From positions 27,630,465 through 27,691,523 of the forward strand of contig NC_068993.1 in assembly GCF_001194135.2 (NCBI RefSeq): a DNA stretch of 61,059 nt. Reading direction: 5' to 3'. Below, in pieces: positions 26,877 to 40,210 of the stretch; the stretch's first letter is position 1, and each line of letters begins with the position of its first letter. Origin of the DNA: Octopus bimaculoides (lineage: Eukaryota). Under the pieces are notes generated by a model that made no database searches, was not told the origin of the DNA, and worked only from the letters and a program-made list of their open reading frames with translations. A program made the translations under genes and the position numbers.

Positions 26877-27659
26877 ATATATACAGATATTCATATGAAA
26901 AATTGGAAGTTTATATTTCTGAGTTTCCTGTGAAATATACGTCGAAGTTGCCTTCCTTCATATCTACATCGATAGAATAAGTGCCATACACTAATGAACT
27001 ATATGCACTATATTGACTTTTGTTGTCGAAAATAAATCCTTACTGTTTTCTTAAAATAACAGAAGCAAAAAATTTAATCCTACCTTAGCGTTCTTTAACT
27101 TCTTTCAGATTTTGAGCTAAAGGAAAAATGGGGAGAAGACAAACGATATTATAATGACAAATGTTGGATATTTTACAGAAACACAATTTCATGAAATGTT
27201 AAACTATGCAGCCAATGCACAGTAGAATTTTTATTGTATATCTAATAAAGCAATAAGTTCACAGAGGGTCAGCAAGCTGAAAGAGAAAATGGTTTCATAC
27301 ATATACAATATACAGGACTAATTAGCCGTAAGAGCACCCAATAAAAGCAATATTTCATCTGCCTGGCCAGCTTGTTAGAAATAATTAGTAGCTTCTCTAT
27401 ATGCGACCAAATCACCAATGAGGGAAGATGTCACAAAAATATACCAAGTTAGAGTAAGGATGAAATGGGAAACGTTTAGTGAACTATTACATCGACAGTA
27501 ACAAAGAGCTTCGCTTCCTGAATGGTTATCAGCTTATATGATCCTTGTGTATAAAGTGCGATATCGTATCTGAGACATACATACATACATACATACATAC
27601 ATACATTCTGGCAGATTAACACCTGTCTATCTGCCTCCTTTCTACTACTGCAAATCACT

Positions 27660-29720
27660 ACATAAACGATGTTCAAGAAGCAAACAAAACTGAAACAACG
27701 AAGAAAGTGTCATCGTGGGTTTTGAAGACAGAGTAAAAGAAAGCTGGTTTACGGAAGACCATCAGCCATGCGATGATGCTTATTGCTTGCAAACAAGCAA
27801 ATCATTGTACGTCACCAACAAAAAGTGAAGACGGAGATAGAAGTGATGTTTGGAGACAGCAAGAAGACACTCAATTGCAAACTGATCAATCTCAAGCAGG
27901 AGTTAAAATTTGTCAGTGAGAAACTCCGACATCAAAAGAGAATAACCGAGAGAAAAACAATAAACAAAAAGTTTAACAGGAACCAAGCAACAGTGTATAG
28001 AGACATGAGAGCAGAAGCAGTGAACATCACAGGAGCTCCTTTGCGAGAAGACATAGACTCCTTCTGGAGGAAAATTTGGATCGAAGGGACAGAGTTTAAC
28101 TAAGATATTCTGTTTCTGAAAGAAATTCTAAAAAGTTATTGTCACTGCATTACATCCAAGACATACAGCATTGATTGTGATACCCTTATGACTGTAATCC
28201 AGAAACTTCAAGATAGAAAAGCACCTGGAAGAGACTTGATTGTTGGATATTGGTACAAGCTAACTTTCTACTGACCATGCCTTACCAACTTATACCAATT
28301 AACTCTCAATGGTAATAGTAGCATACCAGACTAGTTATCTCTGGCAGACGCAAACTGATTCCCAAATGCAGAACCACCCACATGACAAAACGTTACCAGC
28401 CAATTGCATACCAGAACTTAATGTATAATGTGTATATATCATGTTTAAACCACTTCCGCCAAGACCATTGTGAAAGTAATAACATCATCACAGCAGAACA
28501 AGCAGCTGGGAAGAAGGGAGTCTTGTTAATAAACAAAACTGTAACGTCAGAGGTGCAGAAGCATAGAAGGAACCTAGTTTCAATATGGCGAGACTACAAG
28601 AAAGCCTTTCAACTTGCTAAAGTTCCAGTGAACATAGTGAAAGCCACAGCTGACATGACTTAATCGTGAGTCACCATCTTGAATTAAATACAAGGAGTGA
28701 TTGTATTATCAGATAGAATACAGTATCGCAGAGGCATATTCCAAGGGGACATCCTTTCTGGGATGTTGTTTATACTTTCTGTAAACCTCTTGTCATGAGG
28801 CTGATAACATACATAGGTTAATAACTTCATAACACTTGGAAAGCAGCTCCTTGAGTAGCATTCGCTGTCTGATAACCTTAAATAAATATCCAAAGACGTC
28901 GCATGACTCCACCGCAATGTAACATCAGATGAAAAGATGAACGTGTATCAGCAGAAGGCCAGGAATGGATATGTTAATAGAACGCTCTGAGATGATAGTA
29001 ACATTAATCATCAAAGCAGTTTATCATGGACGAATAGCCGGATTACTACCAGGAACAGGAAATATGAACCAAATACCTGACGCAGGAAAGGACGCAAAAT
29101 GAGACAACCGATGGAGGCTTTGTGGAGTTAACACTGAAGATATTACCCACATCGTAAGCAGTTGTCCAAAAATGTCATAAGACATGATGTTGTATATACA
29201 GCATGTTTAATTCTCTTCTTCGTGTCATGAAACATGATGTTGTAGCTAGGATACTATATAATGAGATCTGTCGGAAGGATAAACGCGAAGCCAAAGGAAT
29301 AAGACCCCACAGTATGGTGAAAGCAATAGCCACTCATAATAAAAATGAGTACTGGTGGATTGTCCCAGTGAAAACCTCAATAAAATGTAAACATTATAGA
29401 CCTGACATAATGGGACAGAGAAAAGAAACTGTAGCATTGTGGAAATCAGCTACCCAGCGGATGTTAACATAAATCTAAAGATCAGAGAAAAAGAAAATAC
29501 ACTGAACTGTTGAAATATTTGCAGTTACTCTATAACAGTAATTATTGGGGCACTGGGATATGCAACACACTGCCTAAATATCAATCTTGAGAAATTAGGC
29601 TTCTCAAAACCATAAAGGAGAAAGCTGATGCGAAAACTATAGATCCAATCCATCACTGGAACTATAAAAATCTGTAAAACTTTCCAGAAGTTTATCATTT
29701 AAGTATATATGAACAGATAT
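27660..29720 (+). mobile_element. R4/Dong-like element, heavily degenerate
   Basis: RKAPGRDLIVGYWYK; EQAAGKKG; W.DYKKAF; RGIFQGDILSG.LF; C.LCG...EDI.HIV..C; YRPDI. The 3' end is also seen at ~26150-26230. Confidence 0.75.
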
Positions 29721-29958
29721 GCAAGTATATGCATGAAAATGCTTACATAAAACGAAACAAATCTGTACATATACATATATATACACACACATACATACAT
29801 ACATACATACATACATACATACATACATACAAAAACACCCTGTTGATGTACTTGAAATTCCAATGAAAGAGCTTTGGATCTAGGTTAGAACCGGCTGTTT
29901 CTCTATTGGCAAGACATCTTGAAATAAAACTGAATAATCACGTACGTACATTGCGTGT

Positions 29959-30343
29959 GTTGTTGGCACTCCGTCGCTTACGACGTCGAGGGTTCCAGTT
30001 GATCCGATCAACGGAACAGCCTGCTCCTGAAATTAACGTGCAAGTGGCTGAGCACTCCACAGACACGTGTACCCTTAACGTAGTTCTCGGGGATATTCAG
30101 CGTGACACAGTGTGACAAGGCTGACCCTTTGAATTACAGGCACAATAGAAACAGGAAGTAAGAGTGAGAGAAAGTTGTGGTGGAAGAGTACAGCAGGGTT
30201 CGCCACCATCCCCTACCGGAGCCTTGTGGAGCTTTAGGTGTTTTCGCTCAATAAACACTCACAACGTCCGGTCTGGGAATCGAAACCGCGATCTTATGAC
30301 CGCGAGTCCGCTGCCCTAACCATTGGGCCATTGCGGCTCCACC
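29959..30343 (-). mobile_element. tRNA(Arg-like)-derived SINE, family B, with (CAA)n tail
   Basis: Minus head GCCGCAATGGCCCAATGGTTAGGGCAGCGGACTCGCGGTCATAAGATCGCGGTTTCGATTCC; near-identical to 40211-40596. Confidence 0.85.
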
Positions 30344-30849
30344 GTACGTACATACATACATACATACATACATACATACATACATACATACATACATACA
30401 TGCAACCATACATACATAATACATACATTTCATAAGTATGTATTATACATACTTGCATACATACATACACATTTCATTTGCTAAATGAATTTAGTAATTT
30501 TACATTTATGATTCTATAAACGTACAGTATATGTTTTAACTTTTCTAACAAAATAATACATGTATTCTTAATTCACTTATGTTGGTAGGGATGTAAAACT
30601 AATATATCTTATCGAATTTGTCCGAGCATGACAACAGACTAATAAATAATTCAAAATACGATTCAACTTCATCTCTCAACCAGTCATTGGTTAAATTTCA
30701 CATTCTTGTGAAATTCAATTTCTATCTATTTGCAAGGGTATTTCTCAAACGTATACACACAGAAACAGGCACTCACATGCACATACACAGACACTCCCTA
30801 AACTAATATACATGCGCACAATTTTTTTTTCTCAGCATATTTGTATCTT

Positions 30850-31212
30850 TTTGTATCATGTTACTTGTTTCAGTCATTAGACTGCAGCCATGCTGTGGCA
30901 CCGCCTTGAAGAATTTTTAGTCGAATATATTAACACCAGTACTTATTTTTTAAAGCCTGGTACTTATTTTATCGCCCTCTTTTGCCGAACCGCTAGGTTA
31001 TGGGGACGTTAACATACCAGCACCGGTTGTCAAGCGGTGTTAGTGGGAGAAACACAGACACAAAGACACGCGCGCCACACACATACACACACACATGTAG
31101 TTTGTGCCTACCAAATCCACTCACAAGATTTTGCTTGGCCCGGGACTATAATAGAAGACACTTGCCCAAAGTGTCACGCAGTGGGACTGAACCCGAAACC
31201 ACACAGCCACGC
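30850..31212 (-). mobile_element. SINE, family C (truncated tRNA-like head)
   Basis: Minus: GTGGCTGTGTGG..GGGTTCAGTCCCACTGCGTG.CACTTTGGGCAAGTGTCTT (B-box-like head followed by a conserved body), with an internal CA/TG tract. Confidence 0.7.
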
Positions 31213-31263
31213 CTGCGTATAAAAATAAATTATTGATAAAATATTCATAATCATACATGTATA

Positions 31264-31315
<52 letters not shown>

Positions 31316-31424
31316 CGTAAAATTCTTTTCTCTATAGCATGTCGAAGGGAAACTAAAATAAAGGAATCGAAGTATTTTGTTGCTTACAAAGAAATATAAA
31401 ATTGTTTCTAGAACAAATACTTAC

Positions 31425-31655
31425 ATCCGTTTATTTCGTAGAAATTCCAGTAATGTCTACTTGGTTTCAAATCAAAATCAAAATGTGTTACATTGGCAAT
31501 ATCACATTTTTGGTTTGAATGCTTATATTCAACTGCCTCACAAGCCTTTGTTTCCATACATCGATCCAAACACTCTTTCAGTGAACCACGTGTAGTTGGG
31601 TAATAGTCGTAACCGTTGATGCTAGCTCCTAGTATGATGTTCATAATACCACGTT
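31425..31655 (-). CDS. PAN/Apple-domain exon (4th domain; exon 5 of inferred gene)
   Basis: Acceptor ttttccttaactgcag|, donor T|gtaagt; 231 bp, phase 1-1; ECLDRCMETKACEAVEY....KCDI...WNFYE. Confidence 0.85.
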
Positions 31656-31915
31656 CTGCAGTTAAGGAAAACATTAATGAAAAGAATTGGATCGTTGATG
31701 GCTAAAATAAACCAAAATATTACTATCGAAGACAAGGGCACACACACACCAAAGATTCTATCAGCAATTAAAGAAATAACAAATTTACATTCATTCACCA
31801 GTTTAATTAGACAATCATAAATCATTTTATGAATAACAATTTCATTACGTCTTTTCTTAACTGAAGAAACTTTTATCAAGTCAGGTAGTTTAGAAATAAA
31901 ATTTGATATATAAAC

Positions 31916-32158
31916 CTTGCTGAAGCTGATAAAAATCTCGTTGACTGGCAGGACGTACAATTTTCGCTTTGGAGGCGTCATCAGATAAAAGTGTGCAGGT
32001 CGGACCATTTTTGGTATCATGTTCAAATGCGATACAATTCTTAGTTAACAAACAAGTTGTAGCACATGTTTCTACGTCATATTCTTTTATGTATTGCAAT
32101 TTGTTGCCGTCTTTAAGAAAAGCATCTGGTACTTTCAAGAACATCCTTATGCTGGACA
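31916..32158 (-). CDS. PAN/Apple-domain exon (3rd domain)
   Basis: Acceptor ttttcttttcacag|, donor G|gtttat; 243 bp, phase 1-1; ETCATTCLLTKNCIAFEH....TCTL...DFYQ. Confidence 0.85.
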
Positions 32159-32239
32159 CTGTGAAAAGAAAACATCACAAATTTACTTAACGGAAGATGA
32201 AGTGAAAAGAAAACATCACAAATTTACTTAACGGAAGAT

Positions 32240-34000
32240 CAAGTCAAGAAGAAGTTTATGCTTTCCATAGTAGATTCTACTCTTGACGCAATAAGGGCAG
32301 CAGTGACAAAAGCTCCTGTAGAATCTGCTCTAAGATAACCATGGACTTCGTACAAGATATACAAAGAAAAACTCTCTCGGACGATCTGGAAAGAGAAACA
32401 GGAAACCTGTCTCCGGGAAGTTTCTTTGTTCTGAAAGAACAAACTCAACAGGATTTCACAAGATTCACCAGTTCTCTTAATTAAATGACGAAAGGTAAAT
32501 TTCTGGTCTGTCATTGCCAAAAGATCAACACCATGTCTGTTCGCTAATGAGTATGTTGACAAACGTTTATAAATGCGGGGTCCCAAGATACTCAGGATGC
32601 TTTGAGCATATATCAGCAATCACCCAGACCATCATAGAAGCAAAAAAAGAGCTACAGCATTCTCTCAGTAGTATGATTAGATCTCACCAAAGCCTACCCA
32701 AGTGTGATCTACCAATTAATTCAAAGACCATTGGAGTAGGCAATCTGGTGCATTGGAAAGAGTTACGACAACAACAGCAACGTCAAAGACACCATGACTC
32801 AACTTAACAATTGGCTCAGAGCAGCCGATGATTACCAGCTACTCCGATGTTTTATGGAATAGTTTTTCCAGTAAGGCATCATACGCAGACTGTAAGGTTT
32901 ATTCCTGCTTTATAACTACATCGTCATACAAATGGAAACAATGGAAATATTGTACAACAAATCTGTGCAGAGTTGGCCAGGCGTCCCCCAAGTTACAGTT
33001 TGGTCAGCTTGTATGACAAAACCTCAACTGATAGTGGAATAATTAAAACCACACGTAAGGTAAGAGGAATAAGTTCATTGCCACAATCTGAGGATGAGAA
33101 AGTCAGATACATCAATAGATCATAAAGAGTGGAAATGAGAGCCCCTAAAAGTTGTGAAGGAAGTTGAAAAATATGGAAGGACCAAGAGGTTTGGGTAGGC
33201 AGTCAAGGAGTCTAGGACTTAGCAAATACAGCATCAAGAGGCGGAGCAGAAGAAATAGCTGATACAATTGAAGGCCCATAGTACAGTATGTCTGTGAGGT
33301 AACAGAATAAGATCGTCATGGGAAAGAAATAGGGAGACGAAGCACTCAAGCGACTGTTTCGGAGAAAATTCTGAAGAACACTCAGCAGGAAAAGTTGTCC
33401 TTCCTGCTGTGCGCTGTAGCCGACGTCTTGCAAACCTCAAGTAACATTAAAATCCGGAATAATGCGGACATATTCTGAAAGCCGTGTGAGAAAACTCTTT
33501 ACACAGTGAACCACATTTTGAGTGAATGTCCAAGATCACTGGCTGATACAAGTGAAGGAACAATAATATCTCTCCAGAAGTTGCCAAGAGGATAGACCAG
33601 AGAGCAACAGGAATTAGAATCAAAAAGAATCACCTTCCAAAGGGAACACGATACGACTCCTTAATCAAAGTAGCTGTGGGTGACCCATTTTTTATTTTGT
33701 ATCAAACCTCTGACTGAAGATCTGAAAGGAAGACTCATCCTTTCTGAAAAAGAAAAAGAGACAATAACATCGTCCCAACCAGATATGTAGTTTTTCTATT
33801 TAGTACAAAAACGATCATCGTGGTCGAACTCAATATTTTGGGAGGACAAGTTTGATATTTCTCACTAACTGAAGAAAGCCATATACCAGGATTTGATTGA
33901 TGAGTGAAAAGGTAGTGTAGAGTCTATTCCCTATTGATATCGGCTGCTGTAGTTGACAAGAGATCGCAGATGAAGCCCTTCTGCGGATGAAAGTTGATTC
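32240..34000 (+). mobile_element. Hero/R2-like RLE non-LTR retrotransposon remnant, antisense in an intron
   Basis: YKIYK; GVPRYSGCFEHISAITQTIIEAK; LSFLL.AV.DVL.T..N; VNHILSECP.SL; DLKGRL..S.PD; FPI.IGC. Confidence 0.65.
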
Positions 34001-34572
34001 AGTACACGCTGCTCACTAAGGTGAAGGTTAGGGGCATAACGCTTGTGATCCAGAGATGCCTGTTAAAGATGAGGTCTTTCCAACACTGCGATTGCTTTTG
34101 TCACTGCCAAGAGAATGATCATGCGACATCATTAAGTAGCTCCCGCAGTCTCTGCTTAGGGCTAAATATCGCTGATGTTAAATTCAGTCTGGTTTGCATT
34201 TGCGTTTGATAATTCATGAATTACTGAATATTACATTTTAATATCATTTTAAAGGAGTGCAATTAATAACAGAAGCTTTAAACTCTCAAAAATTGCCTTA
34301 CAGGCAATTTCTCCTTTCAGGTCAAAAACAAAAGCCTTAGTAATAGAGCTGTTCGATTAAAACGACCAAACCACTTTCCTACAAATTTGTGAAATTATAG
34401 CTATGTAAAAACATCAGTATTTTACAGAAAAGCAGTGAAGCTTGTACTCAATGTAAAAATTAACAGCACTGACATTTATTTTTGTCAACTTACTCCATTT
34501 TATACACATGAAATATTGTTAATAAATACGCAACCCACTTCAAGGTTTATTATTTTTGAGTGTAGTACTCAC

Positions 34573-34806
34573 CTTCATTTAAACTGTAATAATCCCATCT
34601 GTGAATACTGGCAGTGAGACTTTTGTCTTCATGATTTAAATCGGTCAAATCACATCGTCTTTGTTCAACTTTATATTCAAACATTTTGCAGTTTTTAGTT
34701 TTTTTGCAGTGGGCAGCGCATCTATCGACACTTATATTATCAAGTTTATCGAGATGGTCATATTTGTCGATAGTGGCTCCTTTTACAACAACCATTTTAC
34801 CTTTAT
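34573..34806 (-). CDS. PAN/Apple-domain exon (2nd domain)
   Basis: Acceptor ctttaatgtcttctag|, donor G|gtgagt; 234 bp, phase 1-1; DRCAAHCKKTKNCKMFEY....RCDL...WDYYS. Confidence 0.88.
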
Positions 34807-35038
34807 CTAGAAGACATTAAAGTAAATTTGATTACACTCAATACTAAAACTTTAAAAGAATTTTGAAACGATTCATCGTTTTCATTTTCATATGTTCCTT
34901 GAAAGAAATATTTCCACACCTTTCTCTGTTTTTATGTATTAACTTAAAACCCACGCACCTCACGCACACACCACATCACACCACACCACACACACATTCA
35001 CATACACACAAACAAGAGAATACACTTGTATGGACATA

Positions 35039-36100
35039 TCAGGATGAGTAAAAAGTAAGCAACGTTTTGAAACATGAAATTCATCACAATATATTTCAAC
35101 AACCCGGAAATTTTATTCATCAAAGTAAGTACCTTTACAATCAATGAGTTACAAGTTTGTTTATTGCGGAAACATAAAAATCTGTAGTTCTGGAGATGAT
35201 GAACTCCTTGAACGCACTTTCGACATTGGTTTGATTTTTTAACTTCTCTCGCAGGAAACCATCAAGGTGCTTGAAAAAGTGGTAGTCTAGAGAATAAATT
35301 GGATAGGGAAGAACTTCGTAGCCAAGTTCCCCCAACTTCTAGAGCATCATTAGTGAAACGTGTGGTCGAGCATTGTCATGAAGAATGATTGGCCCTCTTC
35401 TGCTGACCAGTCTGAGACGCAGGAGTAGCAGTTTCGTTCCTTTTGGCAATTTCATGGCAATATATTTCTGCAGTAATGGTTTTTCCGGTTTTTAAGAAGT
35501 TATAGTGGATGAGTCCAGCAGTACACCACCAAACAATCACAGTCACCGTAACCTTCTTTTTGAAGAGCTTGGATTTAGGGAAGGTTTTCGGTGCTTCATT
35601 TTGGTCCAACCACTGCGAAGAAGGTTTTATTTTATTATTGTACAGAATCTACTTTTCATCGCAAGTTACAATACGATCGAAAAATGGAGCGGTCCGGTTA
35701 CAGAGAAGAAGCGACAAACAAAATCATATCTGCGCATTTTCTGATTTTCATTCAAATCATGTGGTACTCATTTGGCGAACTTCTTTGATTTTCCGATCGC
35801 ATGCAAATGGTTGCAGGNNNNNNNNNNGATCTTTCTCGACGGTCTATAATTGACCGTCATCGATGACAAATAGGCGTCCACTACGCTCACGATCTTGAAG
35901 GCTCAGGTCTCCACTGCGAAAGCGTTAAAAAACATTTTCGAGCTGGCCGCTCACTGGTCATTTCCTTACCAGACGTTTCATTGATATCGCGAGCAGTTTC
36001 AGCTGCTTTACGTCCTTTATTGAAGTTGAATAGATAAAATTGCTCAAATATCGCGCTGTGACAGTTTCATTTCAGATGAATGTAACAACGGTGAAAAAAA
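35039..36100 (-). mobile_element. mariner (DD34D) transposase pseudogene
   Basis: AIFLFNFNKGRKAAETARDIN (HTH); KKVTVTV.VWWCTAGLIHYNFL..GKTITAE.YC; HDNARPH; LPYPIYS..YHFF. Contains a 10-N gap at 35818-35827. Confidence 0.85.
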
Positions 36101-36962
36101 TATCAATATTAATTTATTGATGCATTTGGGCAAGTCTATGTCTGTATTATCAGACAATTGCAAAAAATGTTTAGAAAAATATCCAAAGCTCTGCAAAAAT
36201 CCGGTACAAATTCTTCATGGTTCAAAACATTTATACATGCATATATCTGTGTAGTGGTTAAAAAGAGACTATGTCTACTTCTGCGCAGAATGCCGAATGT
36301 TAGAATCGGTGGATTACTATTTCAAAATAAATTGTAACTACGTATTTTTCGTGATTACATTATTGTAATTCAATAATTTTGTTGGTCTTTATTTCTTTTT
36401 AATCTGAATAATAGGAAATAACTTTCAGTCGATTGTGATTAGATTTTAGCTAGTTTCTGTTTTATTGTCTGAAATACATCTAATTCGCCAGTTTACTGTA
36501 CTGGACAACAGATATTGGATAAACTTCCTGAAATAGGCAAGCGCTTTACCCGGAAGGAATTGTATTTGATATTTGGTTGTATAATGTTGTTAATTTGTCT
36601 TACTTCCCGTCATTATACGGATCTTATATTATCTTGTACTCTAACTCAATCATAGCTATTTATTGCCTTTATTAAAATATCATGTTATGCAGATTAGCTT
36701 TCAGAATAAGGAGACTTTGAGTAACTCCAAACATTCCCCTCTTGAACTATATTGAATACGGAAGTGTTTTTAGTATCATTGGAAAAAAATTTTTTCTTTT
36801 TAAAAATGTATTCGATTTGACATAACGCCAACTTTCGTAGCGGACACTTTAATTCAGAAGATAATAGTCTAACTTTCGACCTTATGTAAACTTTTCTCTT
36901 TACTAAACAAATTCATTTTACGTTGAAATATTACAAAATAATATAATTTTTAAAAATCATAC

Positions 36963-37226
36963 TTGGTATAATTTGATAGTAATCATATTTCGTTCTTCGA
37001 ACAACTTTAATTCTGTCTTCAGATGCATCATGTTTTGACAAAAAGCAGGTCAATTGAAATTTATGATAAACAAATGATTTACAGCCTCTAGTAATTGCAC
37101 ATTTGTTTGCACACATTTCAACTGGAACTATCTTGATTATCTTCAGAAGAGGTCTGACAGTTAAAGAAGCGTTGAATACTTTAATGTAAGTGATATGGTC
37201 ACCTTCAAATAGTGATGAATCCTTGC
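36963..37226 (-). CDS. PAN/Apple-domain exon (1st domain; exon 2 of inferred gene)
   Basis: Acceptor tttgttttcttcccag|, donor A|gtatga; 264 bp, phase 1-1; EMCANKCAITRGCKSFVY....TCFL...YDYYQ. Confidence 0.88.
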
Positions 37227-37329
37227 CTGGGAAGAAAACAAATGGAAAGAACAATTACGCATTGCCTAAAAACATATTAGCTGGTACAATATCAACTGTA
37301 ACTCTATGAACTGTAACATCAACAATTAT

Positions 37330-37870
37330 TATACGGGTCTGAATGATGTGGGTGCAGGATCGATAATATTCTTACATCTGGAAAAGTATAGGATAAGAAG
37401 TGGAAGTTCACAATTTTGTGCACTTTTAGGAAAGAGGGCTTCTTGGTCAAGCTTTATAGAAGATATGCGTGTTGGGATGAGAATTTCGAGCATTAAGAGC
37501 TGAAGAAAGTGGGATTTTCAGACATTCATTAGCAAAGAGTTGGAATCTTTTGTTTGTAGTTGGGATTTAATATTTTAATTTTTGTGAGGTAACACAGGAT
37601 GCCCTAAAGCCACCACACCAGTTATCTCATTATTTATGACACTACAGCCCATTTTACTGTTACAAGGTATATTAAAGTGCATCCAAGTTACTCTTCCTCA
37701 CCACTAGATCAATTCATAATTTTGCATGCCTAAATATCAGCACAGCTGTAGAAGGAATAACATGAGAGATAGCTAAGAATCTTTTTAATTTTGAATGATT
37801 GGCTAGTTTCTTCATATGGCTGTTTTAAACCCCTCTTATCATCCACTATATTTTATTCTATAGGGAGTAA
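37330..37870 (-). mobile_element. Possible decayed LINE apurinic-endonuclease fragment
   Basis: Only a weak resemblance to the APE GDFN region; many stops. Confidence 0.25.
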
Positions 37871-38028
37871 ATATAGAAAATTCTATTTAAAATTTGAGAA
37901 TCTAAAGAGGCGGGTATACTTTGAGAATTTAAAGAGGTGGGTATACTTTTAATATGAATGAATACTAAAAAACATCTTATGTTTTTATTTTTATTTCCAT
38001 TTTCAACTGCACTATTTTTAAACTTCTA

Positions 38029-38909
38029 TGAGGTAGTATCAAAATGTTCCCGGACTAGTTATGTTTTATGAAAAATAATTTATTCATCTCCTTCGAAATA
38101 GTCACCTTGCGCAGCAATACACTAGTCCCAGCGTTCCCGCTACTTTTGAAATCCGGCTTAGAAGTTGTTTTCTTCTGTAAGCGAGTCGAGGACTTTCTGA
38201 TCTCGACAATGGTGTTAAAACGGCGACCTCTGAGCTGCATTTTCATTTTGAGGAAGAAATGGAAGTCCGCAGGTGCTAAATCTGGCAAGCAGGGCGGATG
38301 CAGAAGTGATACCTTGTTGTTTTTGGCAAGAAACTCATGAGTGAGGAGAGCTCAGTGACAGGGTACATTGTCATCATGAAGAATGCAATTCTTCGCGCTC
38401 CACAGATCCGGTCACTTTCTCCGAATGTACTTCTTCAAACGTTTCAAAATGTCGTCGATTGTCTTCCGATGATCCTCATGCACAAGTTGATGGATTTTCT
38501 CCACATTTCTTGGGGTGACGCTCGTGGCAGGTCCTCCAGATCGCTCATCGTCTTCCAGGAACGTTCTCCCGCTTTTGAAGCGCCCGTGTCACTCGAAACA
38601 TTACGTACGAGCCATTGCCTTGTCGTAATAAGCTAGCCGAAACATGCTCAATATCTCTGTGACTGATTTCCTAAGTTTAATACAAAATTTTAAATTGGCT
38701 CTTTGTTCCAACTTGACAAAAATCACAGACAACAGCATACACGTGATCACAAAAGCACAAATTTCACAACTTACGAAGTAAACACAGCAATGTCACTCGG
38801 CACACTGTCTCATGAAGTTCATTGCTAGCTCTTACTGTATACACAACCATATGCTGCCAACTATTGGCATGCTACAGAACTAGTCCGAGAACTTTTTGAT
38901 ACTACCTTG
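38029..38909 (-). mobile_element. Internally deleted mariner with both TIRs and TA TSD
   Basis: Left TA|TGAGGTAGTATCAAAATGTTCCCGGACTAG matches the reverse complement of right CTAGTCCGAGAACTTTTTGATACTACCTTG|TA; encodes PDLAPADFHFF.KMK..LRGRRF. Confidence 0.9.
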
Positions 38910-39573
38910 TACTTCTTGTGCTGTGCTTTTCCAGGTTCAGTTAATGAAGAATATTATCAGCCCTGTGCATAACAATTTTACAGCGAAAACTCAAAAAGTA
39001 TAATGCATGAAAACTTAAATTCTTTTTCAAAAAGTTTAAACTAAAGTGTTTTTCAAAAATGTTAAACTACAGAAAATTTATAAATTGACAAAAAGTAAAT
39101 TATATAAAAATGCCATTAAGGAACCTGATAAATGTACCAATAAAGCAGCACTAGATGAATTAAATAGTACCAGTCAGAAAGCAGTACAGCAAATATGAAC
39201 CGTTCAGTTCGAAGCTAAATGGATCTGATAACAGACTTTTCAAAATTTCAAATAAAGCTCCCATAGGAGATGTATTTGAAATTTTGTTGAGCTGTTTTAG
39301 AGGCAAGATTGTAATCTCCATCGTTAAAAGCAGTATTTCGAAGGTTTTGAAAATAAGACAAACAGAAATGGAGCGAGTTGCGTATACGACATGTCTACCC
39401 ACATTTTATTACAACCACCGGTATGTAATAAAATGAATAACTAGAATTATATAATCCCAACGGTAATTTGATTTATGTAACCAAAAGTAAATTCCTCTAT
39501 GTGTAAAAGAGAGAGAGAAAGAGAGATAGATGGAGGGTGTTACTTAATAATATTGAGTAATAAAGAAGCAAAT

Positions 39574-40095
39574 ATATTAGGTTGGAAAGAAAGTCGTGCT
39601 ACAGTTTTGACATAATCACTTTGAGTATAGTTTTTGATACTTACTCTAAAGTGATCGATAATGTTTACACCCTAATGTTTTCTCTTTTGTCTGCATATTT
39701 TTTATACTTTAGTGATAAAATTGGTATCTATTTTACCCTTTTAAAATAAGTTTAACTCATATCCATATCAGGCATATGGTATGGATTCAAAGGGGGCTTT
39801 TGGATGGTAGCGACAAGAAATATTCGTTCTGTCTATGGAAATAAAACTTTAAATATCCGATCGTGCCAACGAAGGTTTACCCACTTTCGCTGAGGAAATT
39901 TTTCTCTTGCAGATTACTCTCGATCTGGACGGCTAAGTTCTGTTAATATGGAGCTTCTGAAAACCGTAGTTGAATAAAATATAAAGCAAATTGCACGAGA
40001 ATTAGCAAAACAGGAAAATTCAAGTCACAGTTTCATTATAAAACACCTTCAAGCTAGACAAAGTATTTAAACCTGGTCAGTGGATCCCTCATCAT
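39574..40095 (+). mobile_element. mariner N-terminal remnant
   Basis: Terminus-like TATTAGGTTGGAAAGAAAGTCG; HIRH...ATRNI.SVYG...CQRRF..F...RSGR. Confidence 0.65.
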
Positions 40096-40210
40096 TTGAC
40101 TGCTTCTCCGTTTAATCGAAGTCAATGAAGAGAATGAGCTGCATCCTAGGAGTTTTGAAACTTTTTTTTAGGAGCGACGGTTATAACAGTCCTAGATTAT
40201 TGTAATTTTA

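Noticed and set aside
30270-30343. tRNA-Arg-like sequence (also 40530-40596)
   Set aside because: It is the head of a repeated SINE with body and tail and lacks a proper acceptor stem, so it is not a tRNA gene.
30855-30885. CTAATGA-CT-GAAAC-AA-GTA on the minus strand, resembling a hammerhead core
   Set aside because: No room for stem II; it is part of a SINE tail.
39160-39402. 80-aa ORF as a possible additional exon of the PAN gene
   Set aside because: No PAN cysteine pattern and no convincing splice sites.
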